Shown here in pieces: positions 28,203 to 38,480 of a stretch of 64,000 nucleotides of DNA. A model generated the notes under the pieces. It was not told where the DNA came from. It did not search any database and saw only the letters and a list, made by a program, of their open reading frames with translations. Positions within the stretch are counted from its first letter, which is position 1. Each line of letters opens with the position of its first letter. The stretch spans positions 3,431 to 67,430 of the forward strand of contig LSNO01000114.1 of assembly GCA_002082305.1 (NCBI GenBank), in the 5' to 3' direction. This DNA comes from SAR324 cluster bacterium SAR324-CTD7B. Lineage in GTDB: Bacteria; SAR324; NAC60-12. A program made the translations under genes and the position numbers.

Positions 28203-29312
28203 TTAATGCCAGCGGTATAATCTCAAACCCAGCGCGAAACAAACACCTCCTATCCCAAATAAGCCAATAGCCGGCTGGATGGCTTGAGCCAGTCCGATTC
28301 CTTCCGTTATTACTCCACGTAAAGAATTGGTTAGTATCGTTAATGGAAGTACCTCAACATAAGGAATGAGCCAGTCCGGGAAGTTGTGGTAACTGAAAAA
28401 TATTCCGGAAAGGATGAACATTGGCAGGGTCACGCTGTTAATCAAGCCGTTGCCGCTTTGCGTATTTTCTGCTCGGGATGAAATGAGAACGGCAATTCCG
28501 GCAAAAGCACTGTATCCACTCAAAAAAATCAAAGACAGCGCCAGCAGACTCCCCTGAATTGTAATATCAAAATAGAAGTGTGCAAAAACGTAAAGCAAAA
28601 GCAGTTCTGCGGCACTGATAAACATGCGGTTCAAACCGTGCGAGAGCAGGAAAACTGACTTCTTTAGTGGAGTGGCAACCATCCGGCGCAGCAATTTTTT
28701 GATACGTAACTCAATTAAATTCCAGCCGATTCCCCACAAACATGCATTCATGATGGAAATAGCCATCAAACCCGGAATCAAAAAATCAACATAGCGGATG
28801 CCGATTGTGGTCAAAGGCAGGACTTCCGTTTTTCGATTTAAAGATTTTTGCTTCCGGAAAGCTGACTCTAAAAGTAAATAAGTCAGCCGTGCATCTGTAT
28901 TGTTTGGATCAAAGCGAAAACGCAAATCTCTTTCCGGACTGCCTTCGATCCAGAGTGCAATTTGTCCTCTTTTGAGAGCAAGTATCGCTGCATCTTCTGA
29001 CATGACAAGGAAACGAAAGTGTGCCTGTTCTCCATGGTTCTCGCCTACTTTCCACTCAAGTCCGGATTCTCTGCTATACTTAGTGGATGCAGTTCCTGTT
29101 TTATTAAGCAGCCATTCCGGAACCAAGTAAACCTCTTCCGGATTTTCTGCAACAACTGCAATATTCCGCTCAATCTCACCTTTGTTAGCAAAGGCAATTC
29201 CCAAAATCCAGGCCATCAAAACCGGAAACCCAAAAGACCAGAACACGACTCCCGGTTCCCTGAAGAACAGTTTGAATTGAGAAATAACGAGCCTGAAAAG
29301 CATCTTATTCAT
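28203..29312 (-). CDS. ABC-2 type transporter permease
   Basis: 369 aa with N-terminal TM helix, large extracytoplasmic loop, then five C-terminal TM helices. Overlaps the upstream ATPase gene by 8 nt. Confidence 0.8.
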   Translation of the reverse strand: MNKMLFRLVISQFKLFFREPGVVFWSFGFPVLMAWILGIAFANKGEIERNIAVVAENPEEVYLVPEWLLNKTGTASTKYSRESGLEWKVGENHGEQAHFRFLVMSEDAAILALKRGQIALWIEGSPERDLRFRFDPNNTDARLTYLLLESAFRKQKSLNRKTEVLPLTTIGIRYVDFLIPGLMAISIMNACLWGIGWNLIELRIKKLLRRMVATPLKKSVFLLSHGLNRMFISAAELLLLYVFAHFYFDITIQGSLLALSLIFLSGYSAFAGIAVLISSRAENTQSGNGLINSVTLPMFILSGIFFSYHNFPDWLIPYVEVLPLTILTNSLRGVITEGIGLAQAIQPAIGLFGIGGVCFALGLRLYRWH

Positions 29313-30225
29313 CCAAATGCCTCCCGCTCATGGCCAGGAACAAATCATCAAGAGTACGCCTGCGGCACTCAAGGGAAGTCAAAGAAGCTGTAGAAAATTT
29401 TATCAAATCTAAAAAATCCGGCAATGTTTCTGAAATACTTTTTACTGTCAAAAGTCCCTGTCCACTTTCTGCCTTCCAGTGGGAGCTAACAACTCCGGAA
29501 AGAGCTTTTGCCCGTTCAATTGGAAATGTTCCATCAATCGCATATTCGATTAAATCCCCCTCGCTGAATTTTTCCAGCAATTGACTTAAAGAACCTTCTG
29601 CGAGAATTTTACCCTGATCCATCATCACGATTCGTTCGCAGAGAAATTCTGCTTCCTCCATGTAATGTGTGGTGAGAATCAATGTGGTTCCAGTTGCCTT
29701 AAAATCTTCGAGGATTTTCCAGAGATCACGCCTGGCGTTTGGATCAAGGCCGGTTGTAGGTTCGTCGAGAATGAGGATTCGGGGCCGGGATAGAATTGCA
29801 ATACCCAGGGCGAGCCGCTGCCGTTGTCCTCCGGAAAGCTGGACAACCCATGTTTTGCGCTTACTTTCGAGCTGAATGATCTTGAGAACCTCGTTTGTAC
29901 GCTCCTTTTCAAGATGATAAAAACTGGCAAAAAGCCGGAGTGTTTCTTCTACTGTCAAACGGTCCTGAAACCTTGTTTCCTGCAGGGCAAGGCCTATTTC
30001 CTGACGCAAAAAACTTTCATCACTTTGCCAGGTTTTTCCAAGGATCAATATTTCGCCGGAATCTGGAGTTTGAACGCCTTCTATCATCTCCACCAAAGTT
30101 GTCTTGCCCGCACCGTTTGGTCCAAGCAAGGCCACCGCTTCTCCGGATTCAACCCGTAAATTGACGTTTAAAACCGCATCAACGTCTTTGAAGGATTTGC
30201 AGACGTTCCGGACTTCAATCGTCAT
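29305..30225 (-). CDS. ABC-2 type transporter ATP-binding protein
   Basis: GPNGAGKTT, LSGGQRQRL, ILILDEPTTGLD. ATG 30225 preferred (MTIEVRNVCKSF); the 30267 start is TTG and overlaps the upstream gene. Confidence 0.85.
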   Translation of the reverse strand: MTIEVRNVCKSFKDVDAVLNVNLRVESGEAVALLGPNGAGKTTLVEMIEGVQTPDSGEILILGKTWQSDESFLRQEIGLALQETRFQDRLTVEETLRLFASFYHLEKERTNEVLKIIQLESKRKTWVVQLSGGQRQRLALGIAILSRPRILILDEPTTGLDPNARRDLWKILEDFKATGTTLILTTHYMEEAEFLCERIVMMDQGKILAEGSLSQLLEKFSEGDLIEYAIDGTFPIERAKALSGVVSSHWKAESGQGLLTVKSISETLPDFLDLIKFSTASLTSLECRRRTLDDLFLAMSGRHLDE

Positions 30226-30238
30226 AGAATTTTCCCGA

Positions 30239-30742
30239 TCAGCCGCCGTAAAAAGTCTTTTCACCAAGGTCCTTCAGCAACAGAGTTGCCTCATCTGCAC
30301 GACCTTCCGGTTCCTGGGTTACTCCTGCATCAACGACTTCTCCAACAAAAATGGAATGGTCTCCTTCCTCCACAGTTGTTACAAGTCTGCATTCAACGAA
30401 AGCAGGTGTGTTCTCCAAAACTGGTGCTCCGGTACTTCCTGCATGAAATGGCTCGCCGCTTATTTTTTGTCCGTCTCTTTCAGCCGGTTTGAAAAACGCA
30501 TAGGCCGCACCCTGTTGTCCCTTGCCCAAAACATTAAGTGCAAAATTTCCGGCTGTTTTAATAATGTCATGTATCTGGGAATCAGCTTTAACACCGACAG
30601 CAACCAGGGGCGGTTTGAACGAAGCCTGTGTGACCCAGTTCACAGTAGCAGCCGAAATTCGACCATCTTTGTCTTCGGCTGTCATAACGTAAAGTCCATA
30701 AGGAATCATCCGCAATGTGGTTTTTTTAGCATTCTCATCCAT
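30239..30742 (-). CDS. Flavin reductase-like FMN-binding domain protein
   Basis: 167 aa: YGLYVMTAEDKDGRISAATVNWVTQASFKPPLVAVGV...GDHSIFVGEVV, typical of the flavin reductase (HpaC-like) split barrel. Confidence 0.8.
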   Translation of the reverse strand: MDENAKKTTLRMIPYGLYVMTAEDKDGRISAATVNWVTQASFKPPLVAVGVKADSQIHDIIKTAGNFALNVLGKGQQGAAYAFFKPAERDGQKISGEPFHAGSTGAPVLENTPAFVECRLVTTVEEGDHSIFVGEVVDAGVTQEPEGRADEATLLLKDLGEKTFYGG

Positions 30743-30905
30743 AAAGCCTCCTTTTGAGAAGAATAGAAAAAAGTTGAAACCGCAGTGTTTCAGAAATGAG
30801 TTAGTTTTGTCAAGTTAAGTTGTTGAGACACTTGGATTTTGCACATATTCACTTCGGCAGTTTAGCAGGAAATATTCCGCAGCGAACAATACTTTTTGAT
30901 CGGTG

Positions 30906-31910
30906 TCAATCAGCAGGCTTAAGTAAAATTTTTCCAATGTGGGCACTGCTTTCCATCAGGCGATGTGCTTCTGACGCTTGTTTGAGCGGAAATGTTTGAT
31001 GGATGATCGGTCGGATAGCTCCGGATTCCAGCAATGGCCAAACGTTTTTTTGCAGGGCCTGAGCGATTTTAGTTTTTTCTTCAACGCTGCGGGGACGCAA
31101 GGTGGAGCCGGTCAAGGTTACACGTTTGAGCAGTAAGGAGCGAAAATCAACTTCTGCTTTGCTGCCCTGCATCAGAGCGATTTGCACTAACCGTCCTTCG
31201 TCGGCCAGCAACCGGATGTTTTTTGGAAAGTATGGGCCGCCAACCATGTCAAGGATCACATTTACGCCTTTTCCTTCAGTCAAGCGTTTGATTTCTTCGG
31301 AGAAATCCTGTTCTCTGTAATTGATGGCAGCATCGGCACCAAGATTATTACAAAACTCACATTTATCCGAAGTTCCTGCAGTGGTGTAAACAGTTGCCCC
31401 AAAGGCTTTTCCGAGTTGAATGGCAGTTGTTCCTATTCCACTGCTACCGCCGTGTACCAACAGACTTTCTCCGGCTTTGAGTTGTCCGCGTTTAAAGACA
31501 TTTGTCCAGACGGTGAAAAAGGTTTCCGGAATTCCCGCGGCATTTACTAGCGAAATTTTTTCCGGAACCGGCAAGCAAATCGAGGCTGCCGCCAGACAAT
31601 ATTCCGCATAACCGCCGCAGGTCACGAGGGCACAAACTTCAGAATTGATGGGGGGCTCGCTGACGTTTTGACCCACACTCACTACAGTTCCGGAAACCTC
31701 CAGTCCGGGAACATCGGTTGCGCCGGGAGGCGGTGGATAAAGCCCTTTGCGCTGCATCACGTCCGGACGGTTGACTCCCGCCGCCGCGACCTTAATCAGT
31801 ACTTCACCGGGGCCTGGTTCCGGAACCGGCATCGAATGCAGTTTTAATACTTCAGGATCCCCATGTTTTTCGATCTGAATGTAGTTCATTGATTGTGGTA
31901 TGTTGTTCAT
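30906..31910 (-). CDS. NAD(P)H:quinone oxidoreductase (zeta-crystallin/PIG3 MDR family)
   Basis: GEVLIKVAAAGVNRPD, LVHGGSSGIGTTAIQLGKAFGA, C-terminal HIGKILL. Confidence 0.85.
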   Translation of the reverse strand: MNNIPQSMNYIQIEKHGDPEVLKLHSMPVPEPGPGEVLIKVAAAGVNRPDVMQRKGLYPPPPGATDVPGLEVSGTVVSVGQNVSEPPINSEVCALVTCGGYAEYCLAAASICLPVPEKISLVNAAGIPETFFTVWTNVFKRGQLKAGESLLVHGGSSGIGTTAIQLGKAFGATVYTTAGTSDKCEFCNNLGADAAINYREQDFSEEIKRLTEGKGVNVILDMVGGPYFPKNIRLLADEGRLVQIALMQGSKAEVDFRSLLLKRVTLTGSTLRPRSVEEKTKIAQALQKNVWPLLESGAIRPIIHQTFPLKQASEAHRLMESSAHIGKILLKPAD

Positions 31911-31974
31911 GAAAACTCCGAAAATAAAGTAAACTTAGTCAACTGTATCAATATGACCTTATTTCTTTTTAAAA

Positions 31975-32499
31975 TTATTTAGTGCCAGATTGAGTTGTGA
32001 TTTGCTCCAACTTTAACAATCGTTTTTTAATCGGCAGCCCGCCGGCATATCCGACAAGCTCTCCATTACTTCCAATTATACGATGACAGGGAATTATGAT
32101 TGCCATCGAGTTTGCGCCATTAGCAGCGGCAACTGCTCTGACCGCTTTTTCATTCTTTATATTTTTGGCCAACTGCAAATAAGTTGACGTAGTTCCAAAA
32201 GGAACTCTCAGTAAAGCTTCCCAGACACTTTTTTGAAAATCCGTTCCTACCATTTGTAGAGGGACATCAAACTCTTTTCTGTTGCCATGAAAATATTCAT
32301 CAAGCTCTGCCCGGGTTTTTTCTATAATTTCCGTGTTATTTTCTACAAATTTGGCATTTAGTCCTTTTTTAATTCTTTCATCAACGGATTTTCTCATTTT
32401 TCTGTATCTAAAATCAAGCAAACAAAGTTTGCCTTCGAAGGAGCCTAAAATCAGTTCACCAATTTTTGTTTTACAATATTGTATGTTGATAAATTTCAT
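31975..32499 (-). CDS. ogt: Methylated-DNA--protein-cysteine methyltransferase
   Basis: Active-site PCHRIIGSNG, upstream FQKSVWEALLRVPFGTTSTY. ATG 32499 preferred over TTG 32517. Confidence 0.85.
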   Translation of the reverse strand: MKFINIQYCKTKIGELILGSFEGKLCLLDFRYRKMRKSVDERIKKGLNAKFVENNTEIIEKTRAELDEYFHGNRKEFDVPLQMVGTDFQKSVWEALLRVPFGTTSTYLQLAKNIKNEKAVRAVAAANGANSMAIIIPCHRIIGSNGELVGYAGGLPIKKRLLKLEQITTQSGTK

Positions 32500-32541
32500 A
32501 GTTTCAGAAGAGTCCAAACGTTTGAGAGTTTTCAGTCAATC

Positions 32542-33702
32542 CTATGTATTCTCACCGGAATGACTATTCGAAATGATAAAAACCAATAACAGCAGTGCCA
32601 GTGTACTCAACAAATAAAGTGGTATTACTTCAAGTCCGAAGATTCTTGCCAGCACACCTGCAATTGAAGGAACCACAGCCACCCCCAAACCTGCTGCGGC
32701 AATCTGCATTCCAATTGTATTGGCCTGATGCCGGAACCCTACACGACTTGTTGTGCTGGAAACCAGTCCGGGAAATATTGGTGCGATCGCAAAACCGGCT
32801 AAAGTGACTCCAAGAATTGTTATTATAAGACTGGAATCTGCCAGCAGCAGAGCTACTCCGAAAAGTGCCAGTGAGATACTCAAGTAAATTAGTTTGCGAA
32901 TGTCTATCATTTTAGCGTACCATCCCGCAAAAATACGGCCGACAGTAAACATTGCCCAGTAACCTCCGGTTACAATTCCAGCAACTTCCGGAGCAACTCC
33001 ACGGGATTCTGTCAAAAGTGAGTAAATCCAAAGCCCTAAACCCAATTCTACACCTGTATAAAGAAAAAACAATGCCACACTTAAGAGTACCTGAATTGAT
33101 TTTATAGTTTCACTGAGGGAAGCATTATTCTCATCGTGATCTTCTTCTCTACTACTGGCTGAAATACCTTCCCACATGTCTTTAGTAAAAAGAAAAATTA
33201 CGGAAAGAATTCCCATTGCCATTGAAACAACAAAATATCCGCTTTGCCAATGGGATGTTGCGTTTATTCCCATTGTCATTATGAATGGACCGGAGGTAAT
33301 TCCCACGCCAAAACTTGCGTGTAACCACTGCATCATTCTGGTACTGTGGTATTTGGCGATATAGGTATTTATTCCGGCATCAATTGCACCGGCACCAAGT
33401 CCTCCAACTGCAGAAAAAATAACGAAAACCCACCAGAGAGGAGTAACTGCATAAACTAGTAATGTACCAGCCATGGCAGCACAACTCAGACTCAGCAGCC
33501 CACCGATTCCTAAATGTCGAATCAGTAGTCCACTCAAAAAGCTTGAAAGCATGTATCCTGCTGTTCCGCAGACAAGAATAATTCCTAAAGCATCAACTGG
33601 CAGTTGGAATTGGTGACGAATCCCAGGCCATGCCACGCCCATGAGTCCGTCTGGTAAGCCCAGGGAAACAAAGGCAAAAAAAGAGATAATAATTAATCCC
33701 AT
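32542..33702 (-). CDS. MFS transporter
   Basis: 386 aa, about 12 TM helices with a central hydrophilic loop (SSREEDHDENNAS). Confidence 0.8.
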   Translation of the reverse strand: MGLIIISFFAFVSLGLPDGLMGVAWPGIRHQFQLPVDALGIILVCGTAGYMLSSFLSGLLIRHLGIGGLLSLSCAAMAGTLLVYAVTPLWWVFVIFSAVGGLGAGAIDAGINTYIAKYHSTRMMQWLHASFGVGITSGPFIMTMGINATSHWQSGYFVVSMAMGILSVIFLFTKDMWEGISASSREEDHDENNASLSETIKSIQVLLSVALFFLYTGVELGLGLWIYSLLTESRGVAPEVAGIVTGGYWAMFTVGRIFAGWYAKMIDIRKLIYLSISLALFGVALLLADSSLIITILGVTLAGFAIAPIFPGLVSSTTSRVGFRHQANTIGMQIAAAGLGVAVVPSIAGVLARIFGLEVIPLYLLSTLALLLLVFIISNSHSGENT

Positions 33703-33788
33703 AGATTTTAGTGAGAGTTTGACTGTGGTTGAAGCGAGTTTTGTAGCTAATTAAAAGGATAATAACCGTTAAGATACTTTTGTATCTA

Positions 33789-34088
33789 TTATATTGTCAT
33801 TCTGGGCGAAGTGCCTTCCGGTAACTGAATCAGACTTGAAAAGCGTGACGCCTCCGGAAGATAAAGCACACCCTTGGCTTGATAGTCAGCTGGGCCGATT
33901 GTGCGCCGACCGCTGCCGGCTCCCTCGAGTTCCTTGGCTGCCGCCAGGAACTTGTGGTCGGCATAGCGCAAAAATACCAAACCCAATACCGGGACAGAGT
34001 ATTCATTGGATGTTAACTCAGAATTTGCGCGCAGTTCATCGGCTGCTTCCCAAAGTCGTGATTCGATGTTATTTCCGTTTTGGTTCAT
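33789..34088 (-). pseudogene. hsdM: Truncated N-terminal fragment of a type I restriction-modification methyltransferase (HsdM_N domain only)
   Basis: [36 protein letters not shown] is the conserved HsdM N-terminal helix domain. The ORF stops after 99 aa inside a TTGTCATTC repeat copy. No methyltransferase domain, hsdS or hsdR nearby. Confidence 0.7.
33794..33833 (+). repeat. Copy of the TTGTCATTC...GAATC(C)AG small palindromic repeat family
   Basis: TTGTCATTCTGGGCGAAGTGCCTTCCGGTAACTGAATCAG; shares termini and the GCGAAGTG core with the copies at 42478 and 62548/62617. Confidence 0.55.
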
Positions 34089-34420
34089 CTGTTCTACTAA
34101 GTGGTTCTACTTATTTTAAAATTCCTCCGTTTCAGTCACTCCGGGAAAAAACTTATTATCCGGTAAATCAGAAATATTTGTCTGCAATACAAGATATCAA
34201 GTCAACTTGATCTGACGGGTTTGAATTGAATGTACGGAATTATGGCGAAATTAGACCAATCTTATTGTAGTGAAATCTAATACATTTCAGCGGGAATTTC
34301 AATCTAAAAGGCTAGTGAAGATTTTGGAAGTTTTTTTGTGAGATTACACAACGATCGTGCAGAGAGTTTCCCTGAGACATTTGCCAGAGGAACGATATTT
34401 AGGTGCCTGCTGTTTTGCTT

Positions 34421-35728
34421 TCAATGACTAAATATCCGTTCTTTCATTTTTTGAATTTGGTGCAGGTTCAAGCCTATCAGTATCATGAGCATAGCCTGGA
34501 CTTCACCGTCCCGGAAATTGTTTTCAAAAAAACCGGCAACCATGAATCCGCTTACACCTGCAATTCCAGCCCAGAGGATTGAATTTTCAAAGCTGTAGGG
34601 AGTGGTTCGGTAGAGTGTTAAGATGCTTTGCCAGAAAAATATAATCAAGATACTAAGGTATCCCAAAAAACCGAAAAGGCCGTAGTTAATCCAAGTTTGC
34701 AGATAGATGTTATGGATCCCTGTACCGGCGCTGTTGTTGAATCGATGACCTGTACGCTCTGAAATCTTTTCCCTGTAAACGGGCATGATTTCTGAGTCAT
34801 TTCCATAACCGATTCCCAACCAGAAATGATCCTGTATCGCAGATATTCCTGCTTCCCACATTAAAATACGATCCTGGTTAGATTGGGGCATGAAGCCACT
34901 GATGAAGCGCTGTTGCAGGGCTTCGATACGATTTGTTGGTGTGCGGTTTTGAAAAGAAGGCTCACTAAATTGTGAGTAAAAATAAGTGCCACCTGCGATA
35001 ACCAGAATGCTGAAGGCCAGCATAAGTTTAGGTGAAAGTCGAAAAAGTAGAATAGTGATTGCGACAGCAGTTCCCAGCCAAATGCTCCGACCAAGTGAGG
35101 CTCCTATACCAAGCAGTACCACAACTGCAATAATGGCCGTTACAAGACGGGCAAATGGACTCCAGCCTTTACAAAAAATGAATGAACAAACCAAAGGAAA
35201 ACAAAGTAGTAAAAAACCACCATACGTCAGGTGGTGCGAGAAATTTCCTTTACCGTGAAAAACGGGACTTTCTGTCGAAGTTCCTGACGAAAAAGGAGTA
35301 GTTAATTGTTGCCCTTCAGGACGCAGCCAGTCTGCACCGGTAAAATACTGAATGATGCCGTAAATTGAGATTAACATTACAAATCCAAAGAAAACCGACA
35401 GTAACTGTTCTTCATCAATATCAGCCAATATTACCGCAAGCAATAAGGGCAGCAGCAAGCGCCAATTTGTACGTAGAGCCATCAGGTGCTCTGTTTCGTA
35501 TGCATTCAGCAATCCGGAAAGTACTGCGGCAGCCATGAAAAATAAAATTGACCATAACAGTGGATTCCTGAGTTGTGACATTTGGCGGTACCAGATCCAG
35601 CTTATCAGGGTCATTAAATACAGGATTGTGATTGAGGCATCAGTACCGGCAATGCTGAAAGTGCTGCAAATGAATAAGAGATAGAGGAAGAATTTATTCC
35701 AGTTTTTAGTAGAAAAAAAACTGTTCAT
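34421..35728 (-). CDS. O-antigen ligase / polymerase family (Wzy_C) membrane protein
   Basis: 435 aa, about 10-12 TM helices, with a periplasmic loop between TM blocks as in WaaL/Wzy-like proteins. Confidence 0.75.
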   Translation of the reverse strand: MNSFFSTKNWNKFFLYLLFICSTFSIAGTDASITILYLMTLISWIWYRQMSQLRNPLLWSILFFMAAAVLSGLLNAYETEHLMALRTNWRLLLPLLLAVILADIDEEQLLSVFFGFVMLISIYGIIQYFTGADWLRPEGQQLTTPFSSGTSTESPVFHGKGNFSHHLTYGGFLLLCFPLVCSFIFCKGWSPFARLVTAIIAVVVLLGIGASLGRSIWLGTAVAITILLFRLSPKLMLAFSILVIAGGTYFYSQFSEPSFQNRTPTNRIEALQQRFISGFMPQSNQDRILMWEAGISAIQDHFWLGIGYGNDSEIMPVYREKISERTGHRFNNSAGTGIHNIYLQTWINYGLFGFLGYLSILIIFFWQSILTLYRTTPYSFENSILWAGIAGVSGFMVAGFFENNFRDGEVQAMLMILIGLNLHQIQKMKERIFSH

Positions 35729-35790
35729 GGCTTTATAAAAATTAACAAATTAGGATACTGTCTTAACAATCTAACTTTCAAACTTGTTTG

Positions 35791-36831
35791 TCAATCTGGC
35801 ATTGTAGCTAAATCCGGGACATACATTTCTTCATCCGGACGATCACGTTCCAGAAGTTTTTGCAAGGCCTGAGTACAGGAAACTCCTTGATGCAATACTT
35901 GATAAACTGCGTTACAGATTGGCATTTCAATTTTGTGGCGCTCTGCCAATTCTTGAATCGAAACCGCGTTACGTACCCCTTCTGCCACCTCACCGCCTGA
36001 TGGAAGACAGTCTTCCAGCGAAAAACCCTGCCCCAGTTTTTCTCCAAGATTATGGTTCCTTGAAAGATTCCCGGTTGCAGTCAAAACCAAATCTCCAATT
36101 CCGGACATACCCATAAATGTTTCTGCAGATCCTCCCATTGCAGTTCCGAGCCGGGACATTTCTGCAACGCCTCTGCAGATTAAGGCTGCCCTTGCATTCA
36201 GTCCCAGTTGCATTCCATCTGCAATTCCGGAAGCAATCGCAATCACATTTTTAATGGAACCACCCAGTTGTACGCCAACAAGATCAGTACTGCGGTAAAT
36301 ACGGAAGTGATCTGAATGAAAGCACTTTTGAAGCAGACTGCCTGCGGTTTCGTCTGCACAGGCCAGCACTGCGGCAGATGGCAAATCCAAAGCAACTTCA
36401 CGTGCAAACGTCGGGCCGGAAAGAACTGCTAATTTCGGCAGGTTGTCGAGTTCTTCCGCAAATATTTCACTCATCAATGCCAGGGAATGCTGTTCAATTC
36501 CTTTGCTAAGAATGAGCAAAATATGTTCGGCAGTGATCTCCGGACGTATTTTTTTGGCAATTTCGCGGGTTAAGTGCGAAGGAGGTGCAGCGGCGAGAAT
36601 ACGGGAATTCCGGACGATTTCAAGCAAATCAGTGCTGGCTCCAAGTGATTCCGGAAGTAGAATATCCGGTAAAAAAGAGGTGTTGACGTGTTTCTGGAGG
36701 ATGTTTTTTGCAGTTTCAGGTTCGTGGCACCAGAGTTGAACGGAGTTGCCGCTGCTGGCAAGCAGCCGAGCCAGGGCTGTCCCCCATGCCCCAGCACCAA
36801 TCACGCCAATTTTTAAACCATCAGACCCCAT
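35791..36831 (-). CDS. gpsA: NAD(P)H-dependent glycerol-3-phosphate dehydrogenase
   Basis: IGVIGAGAWGTALA, LSGPTFAREV, GGSIKNVIAIASG, GEKLGQG. ATG 36831 preferred over the longer ORF. Confidence 0.9.
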   Translation of the reverse strand: MGSDGLKIGVIGAGAWGTALARLLASSGNSVQLWCHEPETAKNILQKHVNTSFLPDILLPESLGASTDLLEIVRNSRILAAAPPSHLTREIAKKIRPEITAEHILLILSKGIEQHSLALMSEIFAEELDNLPKLAVLSGPTFAREVALDLPSAAVLACADETAGSLLQKCFHSDHFRIYRSTDLVGVQLGGSIKNVIAIASGIADGMQLGLNARAALICRGVAEMSRLGTAMGGSAETFMGMSGIGDLVLTATGNLSRNHNLGEKLGQGFSLEDCLPSGGEVAEGVRNAVSIQELAERHKIEMPICNAVYQVLHQGVSCTQALQKLLERDRPDEEMYVPDLATMPD

Positions 36832-38314
36832 AATTTTGGCAGTTCTCCTGTGCAGCAATAATATTGTTTTGCAGATCAACAAGCGGAGCAGGCAGTGAAT
36901 TCAGTTCTGCAGAAAGTTCTTCAATTTGCAGGCTGGTTTGCTCCGGGGACGGACTACCCTGGTGCTGTCTGAGTTTCAGAATTTTTTGAGGATCATGTAA
37001 TTCTGCCAGATCTTCTGCAATTTCTGTTGGATGATCGGATTCTGCCAATGCTTTCTTCAATGCAGCAGTTGTGATTTTTGTTTCCGGCGAAGAAAGTTTT
37101 ACTGCCCTCGCCAGTAGGTGGTAGCACTCTCGAAAAGACAGGTTTAGAGTCCGTGCCAAATGATCTGCAATATCCACAGAATTCATAAAGTCGGTTTCAC
37201 ACAGTTCCCGCATTTTTTCGGTATTGATTGTCAAACTTTCGAAGACACCCTGCAGAATGATTGGTGCAGCTTCACACTCCCGTACAAGGTCCATTAATAA
37301 ATATTTAGTGGCCTGCGTGTCACGGTTATAGCCGCTCAATCCACCTTTTTGAATTCCAAGCAAGCTTGATAAAAATCCGTGGGCTAGAGCTGCTTTTGAT
37401 TTAATGACTTCGGCGAAATCCGGGTTCTTCTTTTGCGGCATGATCGAAGAACCGGTCACATAGTCATCATCAATCTGAAGCAATCCTGAATATGGATGAC
37501 TTAAAAACATGAGATCCTGAGACATAATACTGAGGTGATTCATCAGCATTGATCCTGCATGGGCCAGTTGGGCTTCATTTTCCCAGCGTGAAACGATGCA
37601 GTCCAGAGTGTTGGTATCAATCTTTTCAAAAGCCAGAAGCTCAGTTGTGAGTTGCCGGTCAATGGGCCATGATGTACCAAAAGCTGCTGCTGCTCCCAAA
37701 GGATTCCGATTAACTAGTGAGATGGCAAATGCCAACCGTTCCAGGTCACGGCAAAGTCCCTGAACATAAGCACACATCCAGTGACCCCATGTTGTGACCA
37801 TCGCAGGTTGGTAATGAGTAAATCCTGGCATTACACTTTCTGTATTTTTTTCTGCCTGTACCAACAATGAGGCTGCTAAATTTTTCACAGAATCAAACAA
37901 GCTTAAGCCCACAGCGCGTAAATACAGCCGCATGTCACATGCCGACTGATCATTGCGGCTGCGACCGATGTGCATCCGCCCGCCTGCTTCAGCCCCTTGA
38001 TTTTCTGTTACAAAGGCTTCAACGTTGATGTGAACATCTTCTTTGGCTGGATCAAGTGAAAAATTACCTGCCGCAACCAGTTTTTCCAGTTTGTTAAGTC
38101 CGGCCAAAATACTGCTTAAGCTTGCTGATGGTATCAGTCCCTGCTTGTGAAGCATTATGCAATGTGCGCGGTTGGTCCAGATATCGTAGGGCAGCAGCAA
38201 CTCATCTGCCATTGGTAATGGCTGCACATCCCGTCCTGCGCAGAAAAGGATGTTCTGCTCGTTGGGTGGTTTTTTAAGGTGACTTCCCCAAACTTGTGCT
38301 CGTTTTTTATCCAT
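36821..38314 (-). CDS. argH: Argininosuccinate lyase (lyase_1 family, divergent N-terminus)
   Basis: Signature GSSIMPQKKNPD, GRSRNDQ, FTHYQPAM. The N-terminal region is less canonical than typical ArgH. Confidence 0.75.
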   Translation of the reverse strand: MDKKRAQVWGSHLKKPPNEQNILFCAGRDVQPLPMADELLLPYDIWTNRAHCIMLHKQGLIPSASLSSILAGLNKLEKLVAAGNFSLDPAKEDVHINVEAFVTENQGAEAGGRMHIGRSRNDQSACDMRLYLRAVGLSLFDSVKNLAASLLVQAEKNTESVMPGFTHYQPAMVTTWGHWMCAYVQGLCRDLERLAFAISLVNRNPLGAAAAFGTSWPIDRQLTTELLAFEKIDTNTLDCIVSRWENEAQLAHAGSMLMNHLSIMSQDLMFLSHPYSGLLQIDDDYVTGSSIMPQKKNPDFAEVIKSKAALAHGFLSSLLGIQKGGLSGYNRDTQATKYLLMDLVRECEAAPIILQGVFESLTINTEKMRELCETDFMNSVDIADHLARTLNLSFRECYHLLARAVKLSSPETKITTAALKKALAESDHPTEIAEDLAELHDPQKILKLRQHQGSPSPEQTSLQIEELSAELNSLPAPLVDLQNNIIAAQENCQNYGV

Positions 38315-38413
38315 CTTTCCTCGTGATTAAAACTTTGTTTGTCTATCTTAAGCCGAATCAGAAAAAATGCAAGCAGATCACTCTGGCTATAACAATCAAA
38401 TACATTCTAAAAG

Positions 38414-38428
38414 TGGCCCTGAGATTGC
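38414..38428 (+). promoter_or_regulatory. Sigma-54 (-24/-12) promoter for flgB-flgC-fliE
   Basis: TGGCCC-TGAGA-TTGC, near-perfect to TGGCAC-N5-TTGC, 52 nt upstream of flgB ATG 38481. It lies inside the over-long track ORF, supporting the shorter start. Confidence 0.55.
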
Positions 38429-38480
38429 ATCTTCATCACAAATATTATTAGTTGAATACTATCCAAAAATAAGTGGTTTC

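Noticed and set aside
38367-38480. Longer flgB start at 38367
   Set aside because: The extension has no FlgB similarity and contains the sigma-54 -24/-12 box. ATG 38481 gives a canonical approximately 138-aa FlgB.
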